DNA of 64,000 nucleotides from Lingula anatina (GCA_051362555.1 CM120644.1:16514534-16578533); one strand, 5' to 3'; numbered from the stretch's first letter, positions 49,029 to 63,355 are shown. Numbers and translations: made by a program. Notes: generated by a model from the letters alone, not told the origin.

Positions 49029-50562
49029 ATGTGTGTGTGTGGGGGGGGGGAGGGGTGAAATTTTCGCTTGACATTAAACAACATCCATCTCCGCACACTC
49101 CCACCACCAACAACAACTACAGTACAACATCACCAAAACCACCTATTTTACTCTAGGTGGGATTATAAGGAAGCACTTACAACCAATTGCTGAAGATTGG
49201 GGCTTTCGTTTTTTACTATAGGCCTAGTTGGTTTTATCAGCGATTAGTATCTCGCATAAATGTGTCTTAGGCGTGACCTGCCATTTAAGCAAGCGTGACC
49301 AGAATTCAGAATGGTAACTCCTTAATTAATTTTTGTTTTAAAAGAATTTGAGTATGAGTTCATAATGAAAAATATCGCAAATGTTATTACACTGCAGTGA
49401 ACACCACCGTATATAACTAGTATGTACAGTTTTATGAGCCAAGAATAATCAGCATTTTGAATTTTTCCTTTTTTTTTTTTTTTTTTTGTTCTCAGTTCTC
49501 AGGCCTTTTCTACCGACCAACACTCTTTTTAGTTCCAAACTTATAGAAAAAGCCTCTCCGTATACCGGCACAACTGTAAACATACGTTTTCATGATCTCT
49601 CTAACTCCTTCTGGCCTAGAAGTCAGTTCAAGGCATCTCTTCCATTGTCTGTCTATTCAGAAAACTGGACTATTAGCTGTGTTCTTTATTCTGTCACTTC
49701 AAAGAAATACACATTCCATTGGGATATGCTCACCACCTATTTTTACCAAGTCATCAAAATGAACAAGATCTCTCTCACACCATCCATAACTGGCCAAATT
49801 AAAACGACATAAAGGCCTACACAGTAGGTGTTAGATGTCCCGATAACTTATAGGGTAGGTAGCCCCATTATTTATTTATCAAAGTTCTGTTCTTGTTGGA
49901 GTTCCGGTGGTGTTGAGCCTGGTAGTGCCAATGGCCAGTACTAGGTGAGACCGTGGGAATGAGTCAAGATATGTGAGGTCGAGGTCAAGGTCAAGGTCAA
50001 GGTCAAGGTGGCCCTGTGGCGTGACGTCGCGGTGACAGGAGTGGACAGGGGACTTGGCTGCGTCAAGGACGTTAGCTGTCCGGGAAGATAGATTTTGTTC
50101 CGCGTATGTCCATGGTCATCATAACTTGTACGTCTTATTAGTTTGGAAACAAATCTACATCACAACTCTTCTTTTAGACCGTCTTTTCCATTCGTCTTTG
50201 CCCTTTTTATACTTAATAAACATTATTGCATAAAATGAAATTAAGAATTTCATTATACAAATAGGAATTAAAGTCATCTCACGCGTCTATTTAAGACAAG
50301 TCCATGTTGAATAATTTTCATAAATAATACATATTTAGGAACAATAAGACGAAGTGGACAAGAATTCAAGACACAGAAGGAATTGTGGGTCAATTGATGG
50401 TGTAGTTCTGAATATGGGGAAAATAGTTCGCCTCTTAGTAACAATCCCAGTGATGTAAGCAGTTTTTTTAACCTCCACTCCATCTGTACACACAGAGGGC
50501 GCACAATAAAAAGATTGTGGAAACTCTACACTACACTGAAAAGTGGCAAATAATAAAAACAA

Positions 50563-50578
50563 GAACAACAACAACAAC

Positions 50579-50612
<34 letters not shown>
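50563..50612. repeat. (AAC)n(AAT)n microsatellite
   Basis: Direct reading. Confidence 0.9.
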
Positions 50613-50616
<4 letters not shown>

Positions 50617-51350
50617 CAGGAGAAGAAGAAGGGTTACAAGCGGGAAACACGGCTGCTGGAAAGCAGGCCTACTCTATTACATGTATATCAACAGATTGCA
50701 TTTCGTTACTTTCCTCAGACAGAATATGGTCAAATTAAAAATGGTATCCACACACAGCACTGCCTCAAACCACCTCACCAGATCTTTAATATGGCAAAAT
50801 GTTGTCCCTGTCCGCTTTGTCCCTGCAAAGAACATTAATGACCTGTCTCTTATTTTAGCCTTTTATTTCGACATCCACTTTTCCATAAACGTATGAAATC
50901 TTTTTGAATGAAAACAGTCGTTACCGTCAATCTTAAGTTTGCATAGCCTATACAATGTAATTTGTTAACTGAATTCAAACGCGACTCAATTAATTTTCAT
51001 ATCAAAACACAGGCCCAACGAATATATATTACCGATTATAGATGGTGTATTATCACGAAAACTCCGCCAAGAAGTCACGTAATTCCTTTTTACCGCTGCG
51101 ATGGTTCTGCCATCTATCGGCATGGTGAGAGATTAGACTTGTCTTCATGTCTGGTACAAGTTTTTTTTTTACAATGATGTATGTATATACTCCCCAGATG
51201 GCAGTCGTTCTCAAGACGTCAGGTAAGGTGTCTCTTGTTTTTTAACGAAGCGCTGCTTCGTATGGAACTGTCATCGGAAATGAGTAAGCAAGATTCCTGC
51301 CCTAGCCTTTGATCTCATTAATCTCAAAATGGATAAACGCGTAAGCTTAC

Positions 51351-51351
51351 A

Positions 51352-51395
<44 letters not shown>

Positions 51396-51422
51396 ATGAA
51401 TGAATGAATGAATGAATGAATG
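51351..51422. repeat. (AAAG)n(AATG)n microsatellite
   Basis: Direct reading. Confidence 0.9.
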
Positions 51423-54153
51423 GATAAGCGTAATTAAATAAATGAATAATTAAGTAAAGAGATAAAATGGAGCAGAGTGAATTGCCTAGTTTCAAGCGTA
51501 GAGCAAGCTCTCTTACGTGAGCAATTACGTTGATGGATTTACAGGAGTAAAACGAGGTGTCAAGCTAACAGAATATTAATCCACTTTAAGATGACGCAGT
51601 TAGATTAGACATTTTGGGTGCTCATTGGGTAACATACATGCACATCCCCTGGATTCGTTCAGTATAGGTGTATCATTGTAGTTAAGACTTGCCCCCCCCC
51701 CCAAAAAAAAAAAAAATAATAATAATAAAATATAATATAATAAAATAAATAATAATAAACGTTTAAAGAGAATGTCACTTTCTTATCAAGTTCTTTGTTG
51801 GGGTGTAAATTGCATAAAGATGTATATTGGTGATTAAGGAAGCTGAACTGATTTTGAAAGCCAAAAAGAAAAAAACGCATGCTCACTGCAACATGGAAGA
51901 AAATGATAGTAAGTTGTCTGGTATGAAGTTCACATACCTGCATGAAAAAATAAATAAATAAAAATAATAAACAGAAGATGGGAGGAGATGGCACCGGTAG
52001 CACCTGTTTAAGAAAAATGTCCATTTTGTCCATTTGTCGACGTATTTATGTAAGAGAACAATATACCCTACAGTCCATTTAATTTATTAATTTTTCCGTT
52101 TGGGTCCTCAAACTTTTCCTTTGAGCCTTTATGATGTGCAAAAATAAAACAAAACAAAACAAGATTATAAGGATAAATTCTAGTTCAAAGTACGTTTTAT
52201 TTTGCCATTTTGTGGCGTAAAACTGATGCCTTTTCCCAGGGTTTAAACAAAATAAATCACTCGATCAACCACAAAAGAGATTTAAACTGTTCCTTCAAAA
52301 GTTTGGTCGTAAGTTTAACTTACTTACCTGACCTACTTAGCTGCCACATGTATAAGCAGGTACATGCAGCATAGAAAGCCGGCAGAAAATCCGTTCAAAT
52401 ATAATTTTTCGGGTAACATTAAAATATGTCTTTTGGTAATTCCCTTAGCTTTACTATTGGAAACTACAAGCTGGTATTTGGTCGGCGTTTGTGGCAAAAT
52501 TTTGACTTCAGTTGCACCTTAAAAACTTTCCACTTGAAAATGCGATGTAAATAAACCAAAACGTTCCGGTAGTGATTCGTTTCTTGTCACATATTACATA
52601 TTAATAAGACCTGCAAACAAATAGTGCGCAGAAAGAATAAGTTCAAAACATAAAAAATTTAAAATTCTTTTAATAATCCCAGTCTGTTTTAGTCGTCTCT
52701 GCTTTACTTTTGGAGAGGTGATCCACGATTCCTTCTTTTCTCTGTCGCCTTGGAAACCATACCGACGTGGTAACAGTACCAGTTGTGAATGTTGAGATCA
52801 CATTTTCTAATCTGTAGGAGATGAGAATTTGAAATAAAAAAGCTTGCTTGTTTTCTGGATCATTTATACATTGGTAATATCCAATGAGAAATTTCTGCCG
52901 GCTCGAATTTACCAATGATTTTGTTTAAAAATCCTAATATTTGTCTCAAAAAATTCCGTTTCCGCGTTTAGTAGGGTAAAGCAACGTGAAAGAAAAATAC
53001 TTGCCAAACGAGGAGCGCGTGCATATTTTGGTTGCACCGCTCACTTCGACTTCAAACTTTTGTTTTTTTTAAACAGCTAGACGAGGGTGCGGCAGTTAGA
53101 ATGTACACCTGCTTCTCGTTTTTCAAAAACGTACGAACTCATCCTTTGGTGGTGCCAGTTTAGAGAAACGTCGTTTGTCAAAATCATTGTTCAGAGACGA
53201 GAAGTAACTTTTACTTCAAGTTTCGGAATATGTCTTCTAATAGTTGCGCTAATTTCACCGTTATTTTTTTCTTTTATTTTTTCTTTTCATAATTCCAAAA
53301 CATCTTTCATAAAACTGTATGTGCGCGACTCTTTTTCTTGTCGCAACCGTTATTCGGCCAAATGCACTTGTCTATATAAAGAAAGAAAGAAAAAAGGAAG
53401 AAACATAAGATGATAAATTAGCAGATGAAATGTTGATGAAAATATCCTAAAGTTTTTTTTTCAGCTCGGCAAACTCGAGTGAAGAAAAATGTTGTAGTAC
53501 AATGAAAAGGTTATCCATATTATTGCGCTGTGCTTTTTTCCCCTTTTAAATAACGTATGCTCGTCCCTTTGATGACCAAATTCCAGCTTGCAATCCAAGA
53601 AAAGTGCGGGTAGTTTCAAACCTTATATCCTATAGACACTTAATATTCGACACATTTTTTATGTTTTCTGTCCAGTATCCCTCGTGAATTTTAATCACGA
53701 ACACCATTTTCTTATCCAACTGAATCTATGCCTTTATAATATTGACGGTGCGCTCCGTTGTCACTGAAATGTGCGAGACGGAATATTGTGCATGAACTTT
53801 GGGTAAAATATAAAATGAACTTCTCTGTTGCACTTTTCGATGAAAATCACTGACGATGACGATTCAGTGAAAGGCATTTTCACATCATGGGCATCCATAG
53901 ACTGATGAGAACGATTTTCATTCATCCGCCTTCCACGTCAAACTCCATCTTGTTTAAGTGAATACCCCATGATCCTGGGTCTTAGCTGGAAAACGCAAAA
54001 CTAGACGCTGGTAAAATTTACTCGACTTTAAATCCGGATAATTGGCCGGTAGGGTGGACCATCATGGTGTCAGTGCCAGGTCGTGAGACCTTGGTTTGTT
54101 TTGATCATCACCACAGCAGTTGACAACTTGATAAGGACACGGTTGTCGGCTAA

Positions 54154-54328
54154 GGCCCCATTCAGAATAAAGGACTAACTAGTCCAAGGGTCAAATATGG
54201 CCGACTCACTTGAATACTTCCCCACGGTATATCTATTCAGTGTCTTTTAGCGGCTTAGAAGACAAGCTTTGTAGTGGGTCGCCATATTTGACCCTCGGAC
54301 TAGTTAGTCCTCTATTCTGAATGGGGCC
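54154..54328. mobile_element. PIF/Harbinger-like MITE with TAA target duplication
   Basis: TAA-GGCCCCATTCAGAATA.AGGACTAACTAGTCC.AGGGTCAAATATGG...CCATATTTGACCCT.GGACTAGTTAGTCCT.TATTCTGAATGGGGCC-TAA. Confidence 0.85.
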
Positions 54329-54383
54329 TAAGTTGTCAGCCTCTCTCTGCGTGGCGCCTACGGTTTCCGTTCAACGTGTACAA

Positions 54384-54559
54384 CCGGTGTGACAGGAATG
54401 GTAGTCCTAGGAAAAGAAGTCCGGACTCCCATAAATAAGTACATGTTAGGGTTAGTTGGAGTAAGTACAAATACATGGGACGAATGTCACCTGTACAAAT
54501 TAAATAATGGGGAACGGACTGCGATTCCTAGCGGTCTACCATTCCTGTTACACTGGCAT
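54384..54559. mobile_element. ~180-bp MITE, copy 1 (CCGGTGTGACAGGAATGGTAG termini)
   Basis: Terminal inverted repeats; second copy at 56788-56966. Confidence 0.75.
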
Positions 54560-54926
54560 ACTGTAGGCCTATATAGGCCTACAAGTTTTAGTTTTTCTTT
54601 ACTTTTTGTAGAAAGGGCTTTAATTTATTTCTAAAACAGACGTTAATATAATATTTTATCATTGTTTTCCTTTTTATTTTTAAGAAATCAAAAGAAATCT
54701 TTGGACCTATATTTCGGAAAATCTGTAACTTATATATGTACATGTTAAAGTTCCACTTCTTCATGACATGACAGTGAAACTTCATTTCTTTTATTATATT
54801 TTTTATATATACAGGTGGTATCTTTATAAAACCTTATTAAAGATCTACCGGTCCAGTGAACATAATTTTCTGTAAGCATAGAATAGAATACAGCATAATC
54901 CGTTGCTGAGCTATAAATTAAAAAAG

Positions 54927-54958
<32 letters not shown>

Positions 54959-56787
54959 GTGTCCAAAGATTTATTTTGATTTCTTTAAATTACAATAAAA
55001 AAGATAAAATATTGAATTAATCTCTCGTGTTTTAGAAATAAAAACCCTTCGTACATAGGGTTAAGAACGACTAAAACCTTTATTTATATCGGTAGCCCTA
55101 CAATTAAAATTCGTTATTTAAAGTTCTATAAATCGGCTAATAATTACTTCATTTCATGCATAGTTTGCCCTATAATTCCGTACGAGCCGTAACGAAAAAG
55201 TCCTTTAGGATCCTATAAGACTTGGTTTTTCGTAAAGGAGTGTCTATAATTGTAAATAAGCTCTGCTCTTAGTCCTCAAGTGCACCATAAAAAATAAATA
55301 AATACATAAAATAAATAAATAAAGAGGCAAAGAAAATTTGAATTTTGCCAATCATCTAAGTTATAAAAAAAGTGATGACAAAACTGGCGCTGGGATATAT
55401 ACCTGATATACGTTCAGTAACAAAAATAAAAATAATAATAGGGCCTAATAATAATAATAATAACCCGAAAAAAATGTTATTTTCGCCTAGGCATTGTTTT
55501 TAAGTACCTATTTGAGGCTCGTCTTCTTAGACATAATTCAAGCCACATGACATGTGGGCGTCCTTTTCGTGGTCTTATTTTATTTACACGTGAATGTTTT
55601 AAATTAACTTATTCCTATTTTGGTTTGCCTGAAGCCCGCAAAACGTGTCTTCCCAGGTTTTCCTATCTAACGCAATGCAGCAATATTTTCACGGAAACTT
55701 AATTATCGCAAAGTGAATCGTCGCAATAAAATACTGCAATAATTAATGTTAAAACCATTACAAAAACACATCGTCAAAAGGACAAAGTTTTAGGGAATTT
55801 ACTTCCGTCACATCTAATTACCAGAAGAAACTTCCTGGGCCACCGCGAAGGTAAAGGTCGTTTCATATCAATATCAATGCGCAAACAAAATAGGTCACAT
55901 GTGTAAATATTGACACAAACCACTTTGAGTTATTGGGTACAGTGAACAGACTTCCCTGGGATAGGTCCGCAATACAGCAACCCAAGAGTTCAGAAAAACA
56001 TGTGTGGTAGGAAGAACTGAGAAAAGGATAATAACAGCGGGCACCTTGCTGGTAAATTGGTGACCTATTTACCCCCTGCTGTCCTAATTTCGGGGGCGTA
56101 AAACTTCCTTGACCTAGATTAGTAGCCGTACCATATATCTAACATATTTAGTGTAGCCAATTTGCATATATGTCATTATTATACGTGTGTGTGTGATACT
56201 ATCGTAACTTATTAGGCGGTTAATTGTGGCCCGTGCCCGCTCAAGAATAGATTCCTGGAAACGTGAGAGGAAAGTGAACTGAACGCCAGTGGGACTCAAC
56301 GAAACGTTGCAAAAATTAATCGGCTTCCGTTTTCCTCGCTGCTGTACAAATCTCGCGATTAGCTTCAAGACGGCCTTATGCAGGTAATATTGTAAAGCAC
56401 ATCACGGTTTGAGTTAGTATGAGTGATTTATTGACGCCTGGATGTTGTGAAATGTGCATCAATCTCTGTGGCATTTTACAAAAACCCCGGAACTTTTATC
56501 GATCAGCTGACAGAGTAGAGTATTATTCAAGATGGCTGCTTGACGTCCGAATCGGCCCGATAAGACTTCAGTTGAGGGTGAAATATTCCATTTTCTCGTT
56601 TGTTGGGACATTGTTTAGCTCTAAGACATGTCAAGAACAACTGTATTGTTGTGTTTATTGATCGTAATACGTAGGGATTTGAGCTCACCTTGTAAATAAG
56701 TTATGAGATTAAAGTTGCTACAGTATTTACTGACCTCGAATTAGCGTTCAACAGGTTAGAGGTTGACCAGTGTCATATAGTTCCCTA

Positions 56788-56966
56788 ATGCCGGTGTGAC
56801 AGGAATGGTAGTCCGTTAAGAACCCTAGTCCATTCCCCCATAACTTTGTACAGGTAACATATGTCCCATATACCAACCCCTATACTCTGAATAAACCTGA
56901 CCTGTACTAATCATATGGGACCCCTGACTTCCATTCCTGGGACTACCACTCCTGTCACATCGGCAT
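56788..56966. mobile_element. ~180-bp MITE, copy 2
   Basis: ATGCCGGTGTGACAGGAATGGTAGTCC ... GGACTACCACTCCTGTCACATCGGCAT. Confidence 0.8.
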
Positions 56967-58087
56967 GGTGATTTAAAGGATGATCCCAGCTTTGATCAGT
57001 CATAGCTGTATCTTGCACTGGGGTCTGAGTACCAGAAATATATCCAATAATACACTGGGATATTTAGTTTTAACTGGCGTGACTGCCCCTCCCCCCTTTT
57101 CCCCTGCACAGTGAACAGTGCCTAGTTATGGTGTATTATAAGTTTTCTTACTTGTTCCCAGTTGCAATTTCCTAAGTGTTGGAAACATGTAGCATTATTT
57201 TACATTTTATACTAATTTTGGATGCCATTGCTCTCTAGATATAAGTTATAGCACAAGGCACAGTGTGTTAAATAATATTACATACTCCAAGTCTGTGATA
57301 ACTTATTTGTATCTATTCAGTAATCAAATATATAAGAAATGGCCCATCACCTATATTAAGTTTTAGTTCTTTCTAAATAAATAGATTGTTTTAACATAGG
57401 GCGGCAGCAAACAGTCTGTCAAAAAGGGGTGAGGTAAAGAAGTAGGAGTGTGTGGTGTGAGAAGGGGAGGGCTTTTTTTTTTTTTGTTTTAAATTTTCAT
57501 GTCTTTAACAAGTTTGAATTGGCAGATTTGTAGATATAAAGTACATTACACACATTTGAAACCCCCCCCCCCCAACACACACACATGCACAGATTTCATT
57601 TTCTCTTGCATATTATAGCCATGGCTATACTAGTAAGTATATAGCCCTTGTATTCAGTCATGATTAAGAGTTGTTTTTACACCTTGACTCACTAACAATG
57701 TTTTAAAATAACAGTGGAAGACATTTCCTATCTGATGTTGTCTGTGCAAGCAATGCTAAATGCCATTCAAACATAAAGCCCTGAGAGTTATCCTGGTCCT
57801 TATGCTTGGTAACGCATATATTTTATGCAGGATTGCAGTTTGTTGGGCACCAGAACTTGTTGTAATAGGAACTCTGCACTCGTAAGTGTATGGGGTTTAA
57901 ATGATAATAGTCGTAGGATGGTATTATATTATGTTTTATGTTTGCCCCCTCCCCCTCCAATCTCTGTTTCTTCAACTGATCGATTTTCAAGCCTGATTTT
58001 ATGTAGAGTGTATTCTTTCTTGTTAGTGATAATTGCCAAATGTAATACAAAGGTTGTTACGGTATTAAAATACATTTTATTCTTCAG

Positions 58088-60763
58088 GACCCTAAGGAGG
58101 AAAACACTACAGTAACCCAACCTAAACAATCAACCCAGGAAGTAACAGAAACACAACAGGACCACACCCCTCCAACCATGAACACTGGACAGGATAACAT
58201 GAAGCAGAATGGCATGAATGAGCAGGTAGGTGCAAAGAAACACGTAGCAGAATGGCATGAATGAACAGGTAGGTGCAATGAAACATTAAGTAGAATGGCA
58301 TGAATGAACAGGTAGGTGCAAAGAAACATGAAGCAGAATGGCATGAATAAACAGGTAGGTGCAAAGAAACATGAAGCAGAATGGCATGAATAAACAGGTA
58401 GGTGCAAAGAAACATGAAGCAGAATGGCATGAATGAACAGGTAGGTGCAATGAAACATGAAGCAGAATGGCATGAATGAACAGGTAGATGCAAAGAAACA
58501 TGAAGCAGAATGGCATGAATGAACAGGTAGGTGCAAAAAAACGTGAAGCAGAATGGCATGAATGAACAGGTAGGTGCAAAGAAACATGAAGCAGAATGGC
58601 ATGAATGAACAGGTAGGTGCAATGAAACATGAAGCAGAATAGCATGAATGAACAGGTAGATGCAAAGAAACATGAAGCAGAATGGCATGAATTAACAGGT
58701 AGGTGCAAAGAAACATGAAGCAGAATGGCATGAATGAACAGGTAGGTGAAATGAAACATTAAGTAGAAAGACATGAATAAGCAGGTAGGTGCAAAGAAAC
58801 ATGAAAAATGAAACAGAATGGCATGAATGAGCAAGTAGGACCAATGAAACATGGTACAGAATTGTGTGAATGAGCAGGTAGGTGCAGAAATGCACGAATG
58901 ACTAGGTAGGTCCAATGAAATATGAAATGTTCCAGTAGATAAAATGAAATGAAAGAGCACTCTCTCTTTCTCTCTTTCACTCTTGTCATTTAACTTTTGT
59001 TGGAAAATGACTGTGATTTGATAACATTCAGTCATATCAGTATTAATTATTAAAAGTGTTCTGTTTTATAAACAGCAATGCAACTGAAGCAGAAGCCCAA
59101 TGGGAATGAATTTGCTTCTTTGTGTTTTTATAAACATCATGCAAAGTGAGACAAAACATAAACATTATATACTGGGGGATGGGGGCGGGGGTACCTCTCA
59201 GAATTTTGTTTGAAATACAAATTTTTAGGTTAATTTTTTATCAGTGACAAATAAGATTAGATATAAATGGATATTTTCTTTTCTGTATTAAAGCAACCAT
59301 AGTGGATTAGGCATTTATTTGTGTCCCGTGGTCAAGTTGCAGTGGACAATGTTCTTGCAAGTGCATTTTACCTTGCAACAACAGGCAGGAGGCCTGAGGG
59401 AAATACAGAAATTTTTGTATATTTTTTCTTTCAAATCTTGACACACTAAGGCAGTGGTATTAGTGACATTGTGTTTAAGCATCTGGTACGACTTTACATG
59501 GAAATCTTTGGCAGACAAGCCAGAAACCAGTTGGCTGCTTGCCCCATGCTGAGAACACTGTTGACAAAAAAAAAAAAAAAAGGAAATCAAAACTTATTTT
59601 TTTCTGTTATCTTTACAGATACAAGTAAATTATTAGTGCTCTTAAAAAGGGATATGAATTTTGTTTCCGTGGGTGTTTGTGTGTCCTTTTGTGTGGCTGT
59701 ATCTGGTAATTTCTGATATTATACATATATGTTTCATACTTTTTTTTCCCAAAATTGTCTTGTTATTTGTCTGTCAACACTGACAATGTTAGAACTCTGT
59801 GAACATGAAGAACATGACTGGGTTATAAATGAAGCTTGCTGCGGTTACTTTACCTTCCCCGATGTGTCTGCTGAATAGAAAATTGGATATTTGCATTGAC
59901 AAGAGATGTGTTTGAACAAGCTTGGTTGCCCTTGACTCGCTTTCATGAAAAAAACGCTCCTGTACTTTAAAGGACAACACACAGATGCTGATCCATTCTA
60001 ATGTACAAACATGACGCTTAGTGATTGGCCCTATAGCAGAGTCTGTGATACTACCGAATTACACGATTTTTGCGCACATGGAAAATAAATTTGACCATGG
60101 CTATGCAGATGAAGCTTTACTTACTGGTATTTTATTCTCCACTGATTTAGATGTGTTTGAATATTTGGAAATCGAAAAATTGGCCCAGGTAGCTTTTGCT
60201 TTTTAACAGCGAATGAGAAAGAATTTTATAAATAAAGGCAGCAGTGGTAAGAAGCTGTAATTGTTGCACTTTTGGTAATGGCTCATCTTTGCTATTGTCT
60301 TTCCTTATTGTCTTATTAAATTTGATAACTAAATGTGAAATAAAGCACATTATCTTTGTTGCCGTATCCTAAGCTTTCAACTGCAATCAATTTATCATTT
60401 TAAAAAGTATGATATTGTTAAAATTTTCAAAGAACAAAATTAACTTAAGTGGACAGGTGTAGCTTTTGGGCTTGAATAATAAGTACACTCACAACTCATG
60501 CTTCATTCAAATATAGAAAAATTAGCAATGTGTACAATATCAGTACAGTGCTGCTTTATCTGCCATGACAGTGTAATCGTGTTCATCATCGCTTGTTGTG
60601 CTTGTAGGGCTACCAAGGTGGTGGGGCAGCAATGAATAGCTATACTAACTATAAGAAGACAAACTCCCCGCGCTATATCCAGCAGCAGCAGCAGCAGCAG
60701 CCACCACAGCAGTACCAGCAACACTACGCCACACAGGGACCTGGTGGGCCTCCAGGGCAGCAG
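58088..60763 (+). CDS. Putative internal exons (58088-58225, 60608-60763) of an unidentified Gln/Gly/Pro-rich protein; possible first coding exon ATGCAG at 56378-56383
   Basis: Both exons are bounded by YAG|...|GT, phase 0-0, 138 and 156 nt, and open: DPKEENTTVTQPKQSTQEVTETQQDHTPPTMNTGQDNMKQNGMNEQ + GYQGGGAAMNSYTNYKKTNSPRYIQQQQQQQPPQQYQQHYATQGPGGPPGQQ. No domain recognised; downstream exons not found. Confidence 0.5.
58195..58930 (+). repeat. 43-bp minisatellite, ~17 units (AAACATGAAGCAGAATGGCATGAATGAACAGGTAGGTGCAAAG)
   Basis: Direct reading; units degenerate toward the 3' end. Explains the repetitive minus-strand ORFs. Confidence 0.95.
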
Positions 60764-61503
60764 GTAATAGGACAGCAGTGAATAAATGGATGGGTTTGAT
60801 TGGTTCAGAGTTGTGGCCAGAAAACTGAAAGGGGGCAATGACTGAAAGTAGAGCGGTGAATTAGGATGTATAATTTTTGGTTAAGAATCATAGCTGTATG
60901 TATGTATGTATGTATGTATTTAAAAGTAACAATGTGGATCGTTTACCAACTGTAATTTTTAAAATTGTCTCTAAAATGTCCCGTCAGAGACATTTCAAAT
61001 ACCGTGTTTTGACCCTAGCCAAAACATTGGTATAGTTATTATAAGGCATCAGGGCCGAGTTTGAGAGGCAGCCGTTCACTGCAGCACACAGGGACCTTGT
61101 GTGTCTTCAGGGGATCAGGTAATAGGACAGCAGTGAATACATGAATGGGTTTGGTTAGTTCAGAGTTATGGGGAGAACAGAAAATGGAACATTGCATGAA
61201 AGCGTTGTTGGATGTTGGAGTGCAATTTTTGATTAAGAATCATAGGGGAAATACTTGGGGCAGTCCTAAGGCATAAGGGCCATGTTTGGAGAGTCCTTTA
61301 ATTCTTGAATTTGTTTAATTGGGTTAGATCCATTGGGTGAAAGTGAATTTTCTTGTGGTTGCATTGGTCTGGATACATTGGCAAAATGCATGGTTGGTCA
61401 CCACTGGTCAAGAGGTGGTGACAGTAAATACTTGAATGTGTTTGGTTGGTTTCCATTGATAGAACTGTGGTTAGTGTCAAAGTCCTTTTTGGGTTTAAGT
61501 TGG

Positions 61504-61545
<42 letters not shown>

Positions 61546-63342
61546 AAAATGAAATTTAATAAAATAATTAAATAAATACGAGCAAAAAAAAAAGGCAGGA
61601 GATGGTTAACTTTGTCATTTTTTAGCTTTCGGCTTCAGCAGTCTACATCTGTTCTATGTATATTCAACAATACGACCACTAACAAAAGTAAGGTTACACA
61701 AATTTCCAGTCTATAATTCTCAGGAAACATTCATAATGGTAGGTTATTATGCCAGCATATCTGTCATGGCACATACATAATGATTAGGACTAGCTGCCAT
61801 CAGGATGCAAATATTGAAAATTCTCAGTTTGATGGCAACATGCAAGCTGTAATATTTATAAGAATTGAAATATCATGCTCATTCTCAAGTTAACTTTGGA
61901 AAAGAGCTTAAAGGAAATTTAAAATGTCTCATACATGTAAAGTGTTCAAACTGTTTTCATTTACATAGTTTTATCTGGGTTTTAAAGGTTTGTCACGATA
62001 ATGAACACTCTGCTTCAATCATTGTACAGAACTTATGAGGCTTGAAGACAGAAAATTGGGGCTTGAAGACAGAAAAGTGCTCACAGAAAACCCTTTATTT
62101 ATCCGATTAGTTGGAAACAGAAGCCTTCAGAAGCATTTCATTAATTTTTTATTGCACTCATATCTTGATGCGTATGGAAGAAGTGCAGCACAGCATATGC
62201 CAGTATGTATATTTACAGAACAGTACCTTGCCCTTTGTTTATTTGCAGTGTCAATATAAGTTGAGGTATATAATGGATATATATTTATATGTTGTATTAT
62301 GTCTCCAGCCAGTGATCATGTAAATCAAAATTGTTTAAACCACTTGTAAGATATATTCTTTATGAATATAAATAATTAAATGAATAATAATAAAAATAAT
62401 AATAATTATTATCTTAATTGATGATAATTCCATGAAACTGCCTGTTATGTGATAAGTACATATTCTAGCATGTTATTTTTCATTAAATGATTTTTTTTTT
62501 TTTTTTTTTTTTACAAAATGGCTAAAGAAAGTGGTACTCATTAAAATTTGCCATCCTCTTTTTTTAAGGCAAAAAAAGATGATTTGCTGAAACATTTCAT
62601 TACTTTGTCAAAATCAAAATGTTTCTTGTAGGAGACTTTATGGAGGCCATACTTCACACACGTGCAGAGTCCGTGTATTTTCAGTGACACAGAGGGCAAA
62701 ATTACTTCAAGCACCAGAAGCTCAAACAAACATAGGCTGCACACTTACTGTTTATTTTAATGCCATTTGCATAACAATGGCTCCATGTGATAAAAACAGG
62801 CATTTTAACGAATATGACTCATTACCAAAAAAATATCATTTACGTAGATTGATCCAGCTGCATGGGAACTCAAACTGATTGTTATCAGATAAAATTGCCA
62901 CCTGGCAGTGAGTAGAATACGAAAAAGCTGGCGTGATTTTACAAGATCTACTACTTTGGAAACCCAAAGGAGGAGTATTTATCTGATGGCATGTACTGAG
63001 AGTCCCCGCGGAGTTGGATCGATCTGTGAAGAATGATAGTTGCATTGTGAATGGGCCCATAGACGTTTTCATTGGGAGAGGTCTCCTTATCTCGGGAGAA
63101 GATGGCTGCACCAGAATTATAATCAAACTTGCATATACGTAAAATACACACACAAACACACGCGCGCTCCATATCATACTAATTTAATACCATTTCTTTA
63201 AGTTCTTCTTCGTCTTTTTTATTTCATTTTATTTATTTATTTTTTTTTTATTTTTTGTTGAATGGATACTACATTTTTGGTTTTCCATACTTCAATAGGT
63301 GTTTATACAATTGTAGGCTCAAATATACAAAGTACATGTGCA

Positions 63343-63355
63343 CACGCACGCACGC

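Noticed and set aside
58195-58930. CRISPR-like regular repeat
   Set aside because: Units are contiguous with no unique spacers, no cas genes, and the context is eukaryotic.
58084-59035. Long Cys/His/Phe-rich minus-strand ORFs (188-249 aa)
   Set aside because: Translations of the 43-bp minisatellite, open in all three frames; no coding evidence.
60151-60188. 38-nt AG/GT-bounded candidate exon between the Gln-rich exons
   Set aside because: Length is not a multiple of 3, so it would break the phase 0-0 frame.
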